A program made the position numbers and the translations under genes. Below are positions 13,175 to 27,407 of a stretch of 64,000 nucleotides of DNA, one piece after another. The stretch comes from Eledone cirrhosa (Eukaryota). Below the pieces are notes generated by a model that was not told the DNA's origin, ran no database searches, and saw only the letters and a list, made by a program, of their open reading frames with translations. The DNA lies in contig OZ024741.1 in assembly GCA_964016885.1 (NCBI GenBank), forward strand, positions 206,956,001 to 207,020,000. The letters are read 5' to 3'. How positions within the stretch are numbered: the first letter of the stretch is position 1; each line of letters opens with the position of its first letter.

Positions 13175-13450
13175 GGTGTTGTTGCTTAGCTCCAGGTCAT
13201 CCTTGGTGCAGAAGACCTAAAATGAAAGATGTTCTTACAGTGACATTTATTCAGAAATGCCTTGTTTCTAGGTCAGCCATGTTCCACACACCTAGGAGGA
13301 AAGGTACTCTACCTATGACTATCCTGTCTTTTATTCAGAAATAGTATATATTATCCAATGTCATTCCTTGTTCTTGTTTCTTCTGTTGTTAGTTGTTTAA
13401 GTCAATCTTGATCTAGAAAACCTATAATGAAAGGTGTTCTAGCCATGACC
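13175..13450. repeat. Two degenerate copies of a short interspersed repeat
   Basis: AGACCTAAAATGAAAGATGTTCT (~13213) is similar to AAACCTATAATGAAAGGTGTTCT (~13418). Confidence 0.45.
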
Positions 13451-14200
13451 TATTTTTGTAATGCCTGTGGTCTACCGAGAAAGACATAATCCAATGATTC
13501 ACTCCATCTCACAAAACTGTTGGGGGAGATTCTGCGGCTTTTTATTGCTGCCCTAGAAACCATGTATGTGCTTCCTTGGTGTGTATTTTCTTTGATGATA
13601 GAAATAGGGAGCGCAGAAAGTAGCTTTAAAAAACTAAAAATAAAAGCAATATCCAAAATCTGGGAAAATCTATGAATTTAACTAATAGAAAAAAGCAAAT
13701 TGATTCTATAATATTAACAGTATTATCTTATATCCAACATTTATCTTGGAAATGTTGACGACCAGGCGCTTGCATAGAGGTGTACATTTGATTTGGAAAA
13801 ACAAGTGTTGATATAAATCATAATCTTAAAAACTCTTGAATTTTTGCGGATGGATTAATTGGCCAAAATAGATAGATTGTTAGCAGTGAGAGTAGTCACT
13901 TCGATAGGTAAGGAATATCTTTTATGGACCAACTGTATATCAAACACATCTCCCAACCCAAGAAGGGTAGCTTTGTAGATTGTAGCATTTTCTCTCTTGC
14001 TGAATCCCGGCATCTTCCGAAAATTGGGGCTGGAAGAATTGTTCCATTAAACCGAATGTGGTGCCCTGTTAATTCGCTAGCAAATGATATTAGGTAGCCT
14101 ATTACTATCAGAACAGTTACAAACCACACGGTATAGGTGTCTACGATAAAGACTGGAGATCTAAGGGGATAAGTTTGAAACTGTAAAATTTGCAGATAAT

Positions 14201-14382
14201 TTTTCTATTTTGGGCACAAGGCCAGCAATTACCCCAGTGTATTACTGAAACTTTATTTTATCGACCTCGTAAGGATGAAAGGGAAAGTTAAACTCGGCGG
14301 GATTTAAACTCAGATCATAAAAGGCCGTAACTCTATGCTGCAAAGCATGGCATCCGACCCTCTACAATATTGCCAATCCACC
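14201..14382 (-). mobile_element. Full-length SINE
   Basis: Same family as 62324-62505; diverged TSD ending CAGATAAT on both sides. Confidence 0.88.
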
Positions 14383-15672
14383 GATAAAAGTTTTCAGATA
14401 ATGTGAACAAATTAGGCAGGTATATATGTGTACATAGTATAAGGGATTCTCTCGTCAGTTTCGACGTATGTAGATCCAACAGCTGTTGTTTTTTTTTTTT
14501 TTTCTTTTTCATTTTTCTCCTAAGAGACTTTAATTCAGCCAATGATTTGAAGAAAGTCCACAGATTCTTTAAGATGACTCGGACGGCTTATTTCAGAGTT
14601 TTTATTAAGGCTTTATAAATTCAATGTAGGTTTTTTAAATGTTTCTGGAGGAATTATTGTCGCGTTCATGGCTAGTTTTTAGCTTACCCTTTTACGCCAG
14701 TGGTGGTCTTTCTGCGATTTTTTTTTCCGTTGTGAAGCTTGGCTACAGATGAGAACTTATGATATTCTATTATCACTCATTCTGTTCAATCCATCTTCAT
14801 TAGCATTGAAAACGAAAAAATTCACTGCCACCAGTTTTGCATTTAGTGAATAGGTCACTACTCGAAATACAGTTATCGAAGCAGTATCCATAGATGGTAC
14901 GAAGATATCGCTTATGAAAGACAGCAAACTGATTAATATTTAATCAATAGAGGGCTCAAGGCTACAAGAGAGTGAAAACGCTTGCAACTTGGAAGTTATG
15001 GATTTTTCTTTCTTGTGAGATTCCTCCTTCGTTCTACAGATGATGACAAAGTATGCTGAAATCATTTGTAGCTTTGGCTATACGATTGACTATTTCCTCT
15101 CCAAGAGTGACACTTGCCTTCACTCTGCTTCGCGTGGTTTTGCTATTGAATGGGTGGACCTGATGAACTGGTTTTGGTTTTATATATATATACATATATA
15201 TAATGATGAATGAAAAATGGCGTGCTGTGTTGTTGCAAATGTGATATACAAATTAAAATGAAGAATTAGAAATAGAAGCCAGGACTATCCATCATCAGTA
15301 GTCTACTAGCCATCATAGGTATTTCTTCGCATTAAAGACCAGATACCTCAGGCTAGCGCGAACAATAACTAAAATAAGTTATTGGGATAAAAAGAATTGG
15401 GTGGAGAACGAGAGACAGGTGGTTGTTTGTTTGTGTGTGTATGTCAGTATTTTGGTTTTGATCCAATCATTTGAATTACATCACAAGCATCACCATCACT
15501 GTTGTCCTTAGCTCAGATGATTGTCAGGTAGTTGAACTAAATAGATGCTATAAATGCAAACATTCTAAAGTGCATCCCAGAACAACCAACCATAGGGATA
15601 GTTCTATGGCTGCAATCAAATAGGATTTAACGTGATAAAGAACTGAGACTGAAAATACTTGTCAAGTAGTTT

Positions 15673-15706
<34 letters not shown>

Positions 15707-15751
15707 ATAGAATGCCGTTAGCTTCTTGCTAAAACAATCTCTATACCTCTC

Positions 15752-15802
<51 letters not shown>

Positions 15803-16499
15803 GAGATACTATTTATAGTTATGTATATATTATACTATAAACAACTATAAACAGGGAAGGTCAGTAATTTATTACTACCTTATTACCAGTAAGATAAATA
15901 GCTCAATGTAAGAACATCAGTTGTTTTACAGAGCAGTAATATTGAATTCACAAGAATCAAAGTTAGTTTAAAACATTTATTCGCTGACAATTTTTTCTTC
16001 CAAACCTAGGCTTGGAGTCTTCGGACCATTTTTAATGTTTATACATATAAGTGACCTCCTACTCAACCGAAGAAACATACAGATACATATATATATATTG
16101 ATGTTGTGTACCACAGTTTCATGCTTACAGTGTGTCATTGATGCGACATATATTATATTATACTATATTTGTACAATAATTCAAATTCAAATTAAATTTA
16201 AATTTAAAAACAAGATTAAAAGCTCAGGTTGGAATACATGCGACAGATAATACAGATAATACAAGAGAATAGTCCAATAAAGAGACAGTATATGCGTTAG
16301 TCATATATAAAGGGATGGAACAAGCAAATGTATCATGTATATATGAGTACTGTATGGCAAGGTATTACATGAAATACAAGCACTTTAAGCGAATATGTGT
16401 ATTATGGTGGTTGCAATGCGAGGATATCTTCTGTATAGTTCAACCACCATAATACACATATATAAGTTGTATACGTATATACATATATGTATACAGACG

Positions 16500-16890
16500 T
16501 ATAGTAATATGTATATATATTCATACATTTGCACATATATAAATGTACGTATGGGTTTACCGAATATTTATTATAATGCTCGGTTTATATATATATTTAT
16601 ATATATATTTATATATATATTTATATATATATTTATATATATATTTATATATATATTTACATTTAAGTAAGTGCCGTACTAAGAGTGAGAAATGAAATTT
16701 CGTTTTATTCTATTCCATTTATCGTTTTCGGTGTGCCCGGCCGACTGAACTCACTCGATATGAAAATTAAGCTGGTCAGCCGTTAATATGCATAAGGAAA
16801 ATATATACTTTCAGACGTTCAACCATCTGGCAGGAAGGTATACGAGCTTGAAACTAGTGCATCGCTCCTGTGTCAGTGTTGAACAAAAAG
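16500..16890. repeat. Copy of family F1 with the hammerhead core deleted
   Basis: GGCAGGAAGGTATACG is joined directly to AGCTTGAAACTAGT, so the CTGACGA segment is missing. Confidence 0.75.
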
Positions 16891-16916
16891 GTGACGTGGT
16901 TGCCTATATATATATT

Positions 16917-17013
<97 letters not shown>

Positions 17014-17281
17014 ATAAATTATCGGAGGCATAGGCCCTGGCTATTCCCTGTAAATAGTGTGCTCAAAGGAGAAGAAATGCTGAGCTCTTTAAAATACAAT
17101 ATGTTGGAAAAGGTAACACACCAGAGAGAGATATACAGTGCGCTATAAATAAAACAGGGAAAAAAACCACCAGTGTATGGAATCTATAACCTATGAAAGG
17201 CAGACTATACACACGATAATTAAAAATATAAATTAAAGCGTAAATAAATACCTCTATAACTATATAACACACGTACAAATC

Positions 17282-17343
17282 CAAAGATAGGTTTCACCAG
17301 TAATTTGTTGAAAGAAATGGGTTAGCCTCGGTTCATCAGCCTG
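17282..17343 (-). ncRNA. Degenerate type I hammerhead
   Basis: CAGG CTGATGA ACC...GGT GAAA CCTA TC TTTG; stem I relies on G-U pairs. Confidence 0.4.
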
Positions 17344-17563
17344 TGTAAGGCTATACATTTCAAACAACACTAAGAGAATTTTAAAAGTGACTGTCCAGCT
17401 ACACGTGGGAGAGAGAAGTCACAGCGTGTTTAAGGGCAGTGAACCAGTGGCCTCTGAGGGACGAACTGCTAGAAAGGGCAGCCCAAAGCAACTCAGAGAA
17501 GTGTGCCAAAACCAAACAAAGATAGGAAAGACTGTTATTAGGAGCGAAATATATATATATATA

Positions 17564-17967
17564 TATATATTGGTAAACGGAATAGAAAATGCTGACAAAT
17601 TGTTCACAGTTGAAAAATGGTTTAATTAGGAATAAAAGAGTATTAGTGATTGTATGGGTTAGTATTCAGTTGTGGTTTTAAGTTTTTAAGTTTTTACCGG
17701 TTGCGCATTTCTAAATGCTTTTCAAAAATAATTTTGAGATAGAGTGTCCGTGCTGTTTGCTCTGATCAGAGCAAACAGCACGGACACTCTATCTCAAAAT
17801 TATTTTTGAAAAGCATTTAGAAATGCGCAACCGGTAAAAACTTAAAAACTTAAAACCACAACTGAATACTAACCCATACAATCACTAATACTCTTTTATT
17901 CCTAATTAAACCATTTTTCAACTGTGAACAATTTGTCAGCATTTTCTATTCCGTTTACCAATATATA
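17564..17967. repeat. 404-bp palindrome with no spacer
   Basis: Centre GCTCTGA|TCAGAGC at 17765/17766; arms look perfectly complementary by eye. Confidence 0.95.
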
Positions 17968-17996
17968 ATAACTTGTGTGTTACACCTCTATTCTTT

Positions 17997-18054
<58 letters not shown>

Positions 18055-18129
18055 CATTATATATTCATAAGATGGAAGACGCTAGCAAAATAAAATCAGA
18101 GAAGAATACATTCATTCTCAAGTCAAAAT

Positions 18130-18224
18130 TCCCTTATTGCAGTTTCAAAGCGTAAGACCGATATCAATTATTTTATCTAACCAAGATAATTAACATTCGG
18201 AGGGCACGCTTTTCATCAGAGGAA
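18130..18224 (-). ncRNA. Type I hammerhead with extended stem II
   Basis: TTCCT CTGATGA AAAGCGT...ACGCTTT GAAA CTGCAA TA AGGGA: 7-bp stem II, 5-bp stem I, one stem III mismatch. Confidence 0.65.
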
Positions 18225-19015
18225 TTTCTCTCGCAATAGGACCAACATATTCACCACCCCCGCAATATATGTGTTCTCCCTTTTGAAAGTACAACATATG
18301 CGTGGTGACCAGGATGAAAAAGCATCTTTGCCATCACACATGGATTGTGTTTTTTTAATATAAGGAAACACGCATATTGCAGCTGGCTGAAAATTATCTT
18401 CAGATTTCACTTTAAATTTCACGTTAAATTTAAGCTACATGCCACCTTGATTTATTTCTCTTAGCTTGTTATATTTTTGATTATATAAAATATAACTAGT
18501 TGGTTGTGAGTATCAAGCCTTGTGATATTTCTGGTGGAGTCATAGTGACATACTTGGGCATATAAAGTTGGCGGAGCTCATCATTCTCCATGTTTGAACA
18601 TAGCAAACCTCTTACAGAGAAGGTGAGATAATGTTAGAGAGTAAGAGAGATATAGATGAAGAAACGACCTCAATACTGAACTGGTAAGATTTTTATCAAT
18701 CTCGAAAGAATGAATGTTGAAATAGGCGGAATTTGAATCCAGGGTTAGGAGGACCGGAACGAATAGCAAAGTATTCTATCCGTTCTAACGTCTCTTCTAA
18801 TTCACCAGCATACATATTTCAGATTATGCCCCTAAGTATGCTCTGTGAGAAGTACTATTAATACACACACACGCGCAAACACACATACGCACACTCACAC
18901 ACACTTACACAAACCCACACATATATATACAAACATATATATATATATATGTGTGTGACTCGGAATTTGCATTACGTTTCGCTTTTTCTACCCGCCGAAA
19001 TGCGATTCTCGCTGA

Positions 19016-19089
<74 letters not shown>

Positions 19090-19726
19090 GGGGTGGAAGT
19101 GGGTATCTGCATGTATGTGTGTTGATATTAGCTGTATATTATGGGGTAGTAAATCTGGGACATTGAAATCTCTGAAATTCCAAACATTTTAAATTTATAA
19201 TCTTATCTATTGCAATTATATCTTATGAGTAAATTGTTGTTCTATTTAATTGACTACTTTTTTGTTCGTATCTAATTTACTATTTTATGATAATAATAAA
19301 AAAAAAAATAATAATAATAATAATAATAATACCCTTCAGCAATGTCTCTCTCTCCCATTACTTTCACCATCTTCCCCTTTTCTACCCCAAACACTGTATC
19401 TCCCACCATAATCATGCACCCACTTCATCCATTGCTTTCTTCTATTTATCCTCCTGGTCAGATTGACTTGAAAGCATACAAAGCCCAATGTAGAGTAGCA
19501 AATACTCTCTAGTCTTGTTAAAAGAAAGGAGCTGATAATCAGACCAGACCAACAAAACAATCTTTCTTTTGGTCTTTCCATTGCTGATACTATCTGCTAG
19601 TCACAACTGCTGCTTTTATATAAATATATATATGAGATAGGGTGTGGTAAAAACCAACTAGACCATAACCAACCAGAGTACTCAATACTTGGAATAGTAG
19701 AATGGGTAATATGAAAAGATTCAGGA

Positions 19727-19805
19727 CCCTGACAGCTGAGCTCCGGCCATTTCGACAGCTAGATCTGAACTAGCTGTCGAAACAGCCGGAGCTCAGCCAT
19801 CGGGG
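19727..19805. repeat. GC-rich hairpin directly before a truncated retrotransposon
   Basis: GCTGAGCTCCGGC..TTTCGACAGCTAG ATCTGAA CTAGCTGTCGAAA..GCCGGAGCTCAGC. Confidence 0.85.
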
Positions 19806-19807
19806 AC

Positions 19808-22735
19808 AAAAAATGAAGGAATTGATAAGTTCTGAATACATTCGGAGAGTAAGGAGCGTATTAAAGTCACATCTGAACAGAAGGAATGCCATAAGTGTAG
19901 TAAATTCCCGAGCTGTGTCTATTATTAGGTACAGTGCGGGAATTCTGAGATGGAATGTTGCTGAACAAAAATAAATGGATAGGAAGACTAGGAAGCTATT
20001 TACTATCTACAACATGTTCCACAAAAGGAGTGATGTCGATAGACTCTACTTAAGGAGATCTGAAGGTGGAAGAGGTCTTATCAGCATAGAGGACTGTGTT
20101 TAGATGGAGAAAAACAACCTACACAAATACGTGACTGATAGTAGGGAGCCAATGCTCAGAATTGTACTGAAGGAGAGGACAATAGACCAAGGGATGTCCA
20201 AGGAAGAAATAACAAAAAGGAGAAAGAGCAACCTTCATGAAAAATCCCTTCATAGAGCCTTCTTTAAGAAAACTGAATTTAGAGATCCACAGACATGGAA
20301 CTGGTTGAAAAGAGGAGACCTTAAAAAGACTACAGAAGGAATGCTAATGGCTACGCAAGAAAAGGCCCTCAAAACGAAGTGGCTGAAACACCATATTTAC
20401 AAGGAGGAGGCTAGCCCACTGTGTAGGATCTGTCGAGAGAGAGAGGATACTGTGGCTCACATTGTTTCCGAGTGTAAACACCTAACCCAGACTCACTATA
20501 AAGGCTAGAGACATGATGTGATGGGCAGGGTAATCCACTGGCACCTATGCAAAGTAAACAATTTACCACATTCTGAGAAGTGGTATGGGCATAAGCCAGA
20601 GTCGGTGATTGAAAACGATCAGGTGAAGGTGCTGTGGGATTTTAGGATACAGACGGACAAGAAACTGGAACACGATAGACCTGACCTGGTGGTTTTGGAC
20701 AAGGGAAAAAGATCGTGATTGATTGTGGATGTGGCCTGCCCATTCGAGAACGAGCAACATTCGATAGTTTGCCACACAGTTGGATTGAAAAATGTTTAGA
20801 GATTTTCAAAATATCTCCCGTTGTCAGGAGGTTCCTGTCATCCTTTTGAATAGTGAAACAAAATCACTGGAAGCTGGAGAAGTGAATATTAATTGTGGAA
20901 TTTTTTAGGGTGACTCTTTATCACCGCTTTTATTCTGCATCGCACTTATACCATTAAGTAAAATGCTCAATGAAACAAAACATGGATATAAAGTCTATGA
21001 CAAAACCATTAATCACTTGTTCTACATGGATGACCTGAAACTATTTGCAAAAAATGATGAAAAATTGTATGGGATATTATCCACTGTGGAGCAGTTCAGT
21101 GATGACATTAAAATGGAGTTTGGACTAGATAAATGCGCCAAAGCAACGTTCACCAGCGGAAAGCTGCTGAAAAGTTCAGACATTAATCTTGATCGGGGGA
21201 ATGTAATAAGAGAACTTGATCAAGAGGAAACTTACAAATACCTATGTGTTTGTGAAGGAGACGGAATAAAGCACTCGACAATGAGGGAAAGGATAAGGAA
21301 GGAATGTTACCGCAGAATAAGAGCAATCTTAAGAACGGAATTGAATGCAAGGAATAGGATCGATGCCATAAACACGCTTGCCATACTAGTAGTAACCTAC
21401 AGTTACAATGTCATCAACTGGTCAAGCACAGAGATCCGTAGGCTCGATACAAAAATTCGAAAATTATTAACCATGCACAGAATGCATCACCCTAAGGCAG
21501 ATATAGATAGAATATATCTCCCTGGGAAAGAAGGCGGACGTTGGTTAAGCCAGTTAGATATTGCGTTGAAAACTGCAACAATTGGATTATCTACATATCT
21601 AAGGGAATCACATGATTGGATGATCAAACTCGTTTTGAAACACGAAAGCATCAAAAGATCATACTCCATTACAAAAGATGCACAAAGATACAGTAATGGA
21701 CTACAAATTTCAGAAGTCCCATTTACTGCTGAAATGGAAAACACAGAAAAAGCAAAGCAGGTAAGAGTAACTGCAAAGAAAGAACTGCTACAGAAACTGG
21801 CTAAGAAATGGCAAGAAAAGCCTCTGTATGGAAAATACCCATAAAGAGCTAGCAATCCAGATGTTGACAAAACTTTAACCCACCAGTGGTTGGTATCCTC
21901 TGGACTGAAATCGGAGACTGAAGGACTGATTATATCAGCACAAGATCAGTGTCTGCCAACAAAAAATTACCAAGCCAACATAATAAAAAATGGATGCAAC
22001 CCATTGTGCCGTGTATGTAAAAAACAACCAGAGACCATTGATCATATAATCTCAATGTGAAGACCTATAGCTCCAACCGAATACCTAACCAGGCATGACA
22101 GAGCTGCAAAATACATACATTGGATAATGTGTAAGCATTTTGACCTGCCCGATCAAAAGAATTGGTGGGAGTATCAACTACCTCCCATACTTGAAAAAGA
22201 TCACATCTCAATCTTGTGGAACTCTAGCATCCAAACAGACCGAAAAATAGATGCAGATAGACCTGATATAATACTGAACGACTTTAAAAAGAGGGTATGC
22301 CTGCTAATTGATATGTCCGTTCCAATAGAAAAGAATGTATCCATTTGAAAAATTGAGCAAGTATAAGGACCTGGAGATAGAAATTGGAAAACTGTGGAAA
22401 CTGAGAACTAAAACAATACCAGTGGTTGTAGGCGCTCTAGGAATGATACCTAAGGGGTCTAATAATTACTTATCGCAAATCCCAGGAAACCCACGTATAG
22501 AAGAAATACAAAAGATAGTACTAATGTGAACTGTCCATATACTAAGGAAGATTATGTTAATATAAGTACATCACAAGTCTAAACACCTTAAGATGCATGT
22601 GTGTGTATGTATGTTCTTTCTTGAACATGGCGGCCCTTGTTGTCTCTTGAGGTCACTGGTTGTGACTTGGTGATAACTCGTATGAACATGAAGCAAGATA
22701 AATGCAACTGTAATAATAATAATAATAATAATAAT
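19808..22735 (+). mobile_element. Chimeric 5'-truncated R4/Dong-type retrotransposon (family B part joined to family A part)
   Basis: 19808-20747 matches ~29960-30907; 20758-22735 matches ~25405-27400; ends in (TAA)n. Confidence 0.9.
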
Positions 22736-23427
22736 GGTTATAAATGGAAGAAAGCACCCTCTGTCTACAATCTATAGAACAGCCAAATAACAGCAATTTT
22801 CACCAACACCAGAAACTTGATACACCACCTATCCCATCACAGTAAATCTAACAGCCAGATAACGGCAATTTCACCACCACCTCCTTCAATCCCGGCATGA
22901 TAATAATAATTACTATTATTATTGTCTCAAATTTTAACAAAATGTTTAATTCCAATTTTACGGGGATATGTCAACACAATATATATTAAACATACGAACA
23001 CAAACTCATAGATACTACATATCACAAAACCCAGTAACCACAACGCCACCGCCGCCACCACCCCATCCATCATCTTGCTACCACTATCCCATCGCCGCCG
23101 CCACCACTCCTTCATTGCTACCACCACTATTCCCCTGTTAACTTGAGAGAGAAAGGGGAAGGTGGCGGTATCACTAGACAAGGGAGAGGCTAGCAAAAGA
23201 TATAAATAGATTGACTTAGTGACCTGGCCACCGGCCAAACGTCAACATCAACAACTATGGGACTGCTGGCTCACCCCTTCCTCACCAACAATATAAAAAG
23301 CCCCGGCACCAGCACCGACGTATCCAGCAACAATAACAGGCAACTACAGCAAAAAATATATTATATTATTGTAATGCACTGGGTGATTGCTGGCCTTGTG
23401 CCTGGAGTGGAGACAATTATTAATAAT

Positions 23428-26400
23428 TTCATTCTTAAGCCACGCAATGCTCACATTAAGGAACCACTCATGATAATAACAATTTAAAAAAAAACAACAA
23501 AAAGAAAACCCCGTGACCAAGAAATACCGGGATGGCGGCCGGCGGGAAATAGCCGTGTCTCTAGGGGAGAACGACCCCTCTAGTCTTGGTTGACACTCGT
23601 TCTAGAAGTGGTAACACGAAATGATTACCCCGTGGCGGATAAGGATAAAACGCGACAAAATAAAGTAAATGTCTAATGAGTAAATCTCATACCGGATCGG
23701 CCGTCACCCGGGTAAAAAAGGGCCGCGTCCCTCAGAGAGGAACCCGACTGGGGTCGAAAAATCAGCTAATGGTTCAAACCTTCCCATCACTTCGGAGCTG
23801 GAGTCTCCCATAACCGGAATACTCCTACTGTTGGCCCTCCATGCTCACCACCAAGAAATCCAAAGAAAAAGAGAGAAAAATGGTCAAGGGAAGATAATTA
23901 AGAAGTCCTTGAGGCTTTCTACACTGCCATGTACTACCCATCAAATACATCGAATACAGAACAGACATATATCAACTGGAAAAAGAAACATCCCGAAAAC
24001 AGAGGCTATATTGACAGTAACAAACTAGCCAATATACGAAGAAATATTGTAAGAAAAAAGTTACTAACTGATATAGAAATTGATCAGATCAAGCTATTAG
24101 CACAAAGTCAGCGAAGGGAAAATGAAACATGTGTCAGTGAAAACGAGGTAAACTGTAACACTTCGAACCCCAGGGTTGGGGCAGAATCACTGGCAACAGA
24201 ACAAATTAAAGAAAGGATCGAAAAAGTGAAGGGAGTGCATGCTCAGGATGAAACTCCAAATGAAAATAATGAGATCGTAAATGATAAAGAAATGAATGAG
24301 AATGAACTTGCCAACTTGAAGGATGAAATTATGATCGAATGGATGAAAATGAAAGAATCTGACATGGGGCAGCGAGACACCCTCCCTAAGATCCAGAACT
24401 CCAAACAGAACCAAAAGATAATACACAAGACTAACATAATTCTCAAAAACATTATCATCACAAACAAACTAAACATTACTGATTTAAATCATCTCTATTA
24501 TGCATCGGCTAAAGTCACCACTCACTTATGTGGAGTGAAGATGAAAAAACAAAGGAATTCCCACAAGAAATCTACTTGGCAAGAGAACATCATTCGCCAA
24601 ATAAACCTTCTCCGATCTGACATAGAAATTTTAACAAACTATAAAGTAGGTGAGCATGTTAAACAAGCTAAACTTAGAAAATTGAAAAAAAAGTACAGTA
24701 TAAAATCAACATGTGACATAAATAGAAATAATCAAGCAAAAAGTGTCGGCCAAAGTTGCTCGTATAAGGCGCTTTGAAAAACGATCTAGATTCTATAAGG
24801 ACAATAATATGTTCAAAAACAACCAAAGAAACTTCTACAGAAAAATTGGTAAGTCAACAATAACTGCTAAATCAATACCACCCAAGAAGGAAGTGCAAGA
24901 ATTCTGGGAAAAGATCTGGGCCGAAGAAAAAGTTCATAACATACATGCCCCATGGATAGACAGACAAATGAAAGATACAGCTCACCTTGAGGAACAAATA
25001 TGGGAAAATATAACAGTTGAACAGTTGCGCTTGGCTCTAAGAAAAACCAGCAAATAAAAATCCCCAGGAAAAGACAAAATACAAAACTTTTGGATAAATG
25101 CCTTCACAGAGTCTCATGAGCCCAACTTTACAATGAAATAGTTAAGGAGCCAGAAAAGATACCATCATGGCTAGTTACAGACCGATAACTTGCTTGACCA
25201 CAATGTATAAAATTTTAACATCAGTCCTAACTGAATACACATATGACCACCTGATAACAAATGACCTATTTCCCATTGAGCAGAAAGGGTGTAAACGAGG
25301 CTCATATGGCTGTAAGGATCAGCTTCTGGTTAACAAAATGATACTGGAAGATTGTCATAATAGACACAAAAATCTATCGATTGCTTGGATAGATTATAAA
25401 AAAGCATTCGATAGTTCCCCACACAGTTGGATTGAAAAATGTTTAGAGATTTTCAAAATATCCCCCGTTGTCAGGAGGTTTTTGTCATTCAGTATGAAGA
25501 CATGGAAAACGACACTCCTTTTGAATAGTGAAACAAAATCACTGGAAACTGGAGAAGTTAATATTAATTGTGGAATTTTTCAGGGTGACTCTTTATCACC
25601 GCTTTTATTCTGCATCGCACTTATACAATTAAGTAAAATGCTCAATGAAACAAAACATGGATATAAAGTCTATGACAAAACCATTAATCACCTGTTCTAC
25701 ATGGATGACCTGAAACTATTTGCAAAAAAAGATGAACAATTGCAAGGGCTATTATCCACTGTGGAGCAGTTCAGTGATGACATTAAAATGGAGTTTGGAC
25801 TAGATAAATGCGCCAAAGCAACGTTCACCAGAGGAAAGCTGCTGAAGAGTTCAGACATTAATCTTGATCGGGGGAACGTGATGAGAGAACTTGATCAAGA
25901 AAAAACTTACAAATATCTAGGTGTTTGTGAAGGAGACGGAATCAAGCACTCGACAATGAGGGAAAGGATAAGGAAGGAATGTTACCGCAGAATAAGAGCA
26001 ATCTTAAGAACGGAATTGAATGCAAGGAATAGGATCGTTGCCATAAACACGCTTGCCATACTAGTAGTAACCTACAGTTACAATGTCATCAACTGGTCAA
26101 GCACAGAGATCCGTAGGCTCGATACAAAAATTCGAAAATTATTAACCATGCACAGAATGCATCACCCTAAGGCAGATATAGATAGAATATATCTCCCTAG
26201 GAAATAAGGAGGACGTGGGTTAATCCAGTTAGATATTGCGTTGAAAACTGCAACAATTGGATTATCTACATATCTAAGGGAATCACATGATTGGATGATC
26301 AAACTCGTTTTGAAACACGAAAGCATCAAAAGATCATATTCCATTACAAAAGATGCACAAAGATACAGTAATGGACTACAAATTTCAGAAGTCCCATTTA

Positions 26401-27407
26401 CTGCTGAAAAGGAAAACACAGAAAAGCAAAGCAGGTAAAAGTAACTGCAAAGAAAGAATTGCTACAGAAACTGGCTAAGAAATGGCAAGAAAAGCCTCTG
26501 TATGGAAAATACCCAGAGCGAGCTAACAATCCTGATGTTGACAAAACTTTAACCCATCAGTGGTTGGCATCCTCTGGACTGAAATCGGAGACTGAAGGAC
26601 TGATTATATCAGCACAAGATCAGTGTCTGCCAACAAAAAATTACCAAGCCAACATAATAAAAAATGGATGCAGCCCATTATGCCGTGTATGCAAAAAACA
26701 ACCAGAGACCATTGACCATATAATTTCAATGTGCAGTCCTATAGCTCCAACCGAATACCTAAACAGGCATGACAGAGCTGCACAATACATACATTGGATA
26801 ATGTGTAAGCATTTTGACCTGCCCCATCAAAAGAATTGGTGGGAGCATCAACCACCTCCCATACTTGAAAAAGATCACATCTCAATCTTGTGGAACTTTA
26901 GCATCCAAACAAACCGAAAAATAGATGCAAATAGACCTGATATAATATTGAAGGACTTTAAAAAGAGGGTATGCCTGCTAATTGATATGTCTGTTCCAAT
27001 AGACAAGAATGTATCTATAAAAACATTTGAAAAATTGAGCAAGTATAAGGACCTGGAGATAGAAATTGGAAAAATGTGGAAATTGAGAACTAAAACAATA
27101 CCAGTGGTTGTAGGCGCTCTGGGAATGATACCTAAGGGGTCTAATTATTACTTATCGCAAATCCCAGGAAACCCGCATATAGGAGAAATACAAAAGATAG
27201 GAACTGCCCATATACTAAGGAAGATTCTGTCAATATAAGAACATCACAAGTCTAAACACTAAAGATGCATGTGTGAATATGTATGTTCTTCCTTGAACAT
27301 GGCGGATCTTGTTGTCTCTTGAGGTCACTGGTTGTGACTTGGTGATAACTCGTATGAACATAAAGCAAGATAAATGCAACTGTAATAATAATAATAATAA
27401 TAATAAT
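23428..27407 (+). mobile_element. Near full-length RLE non-LTR retrotransposon, R4/Dong clade (family A), pseudogenised
   Basis: RT motifs [34 protein letters not shown]; CCHC finger CRVC..HIISMC; RHD; RPDIIL..IDMSVP..KYKDL endonuclease; (TAA)n tail. 5' boundary approximate. Confidence 0.9.

Noticed and set aside
13460-14190. Coding-like stretch with SENWGW on the plus strand and a hydrophobic minus ORF
   Set aside because: Too decayed to assign; possibly an old DNA-transposon remnant.
18497-18625. Possible minus-strand host exon (..MENDELRQLYMPKYVTMTPPEISQG..)
   Set aside because: Short, no recognisable domain, no linked exons; it would need RNA-seq support.
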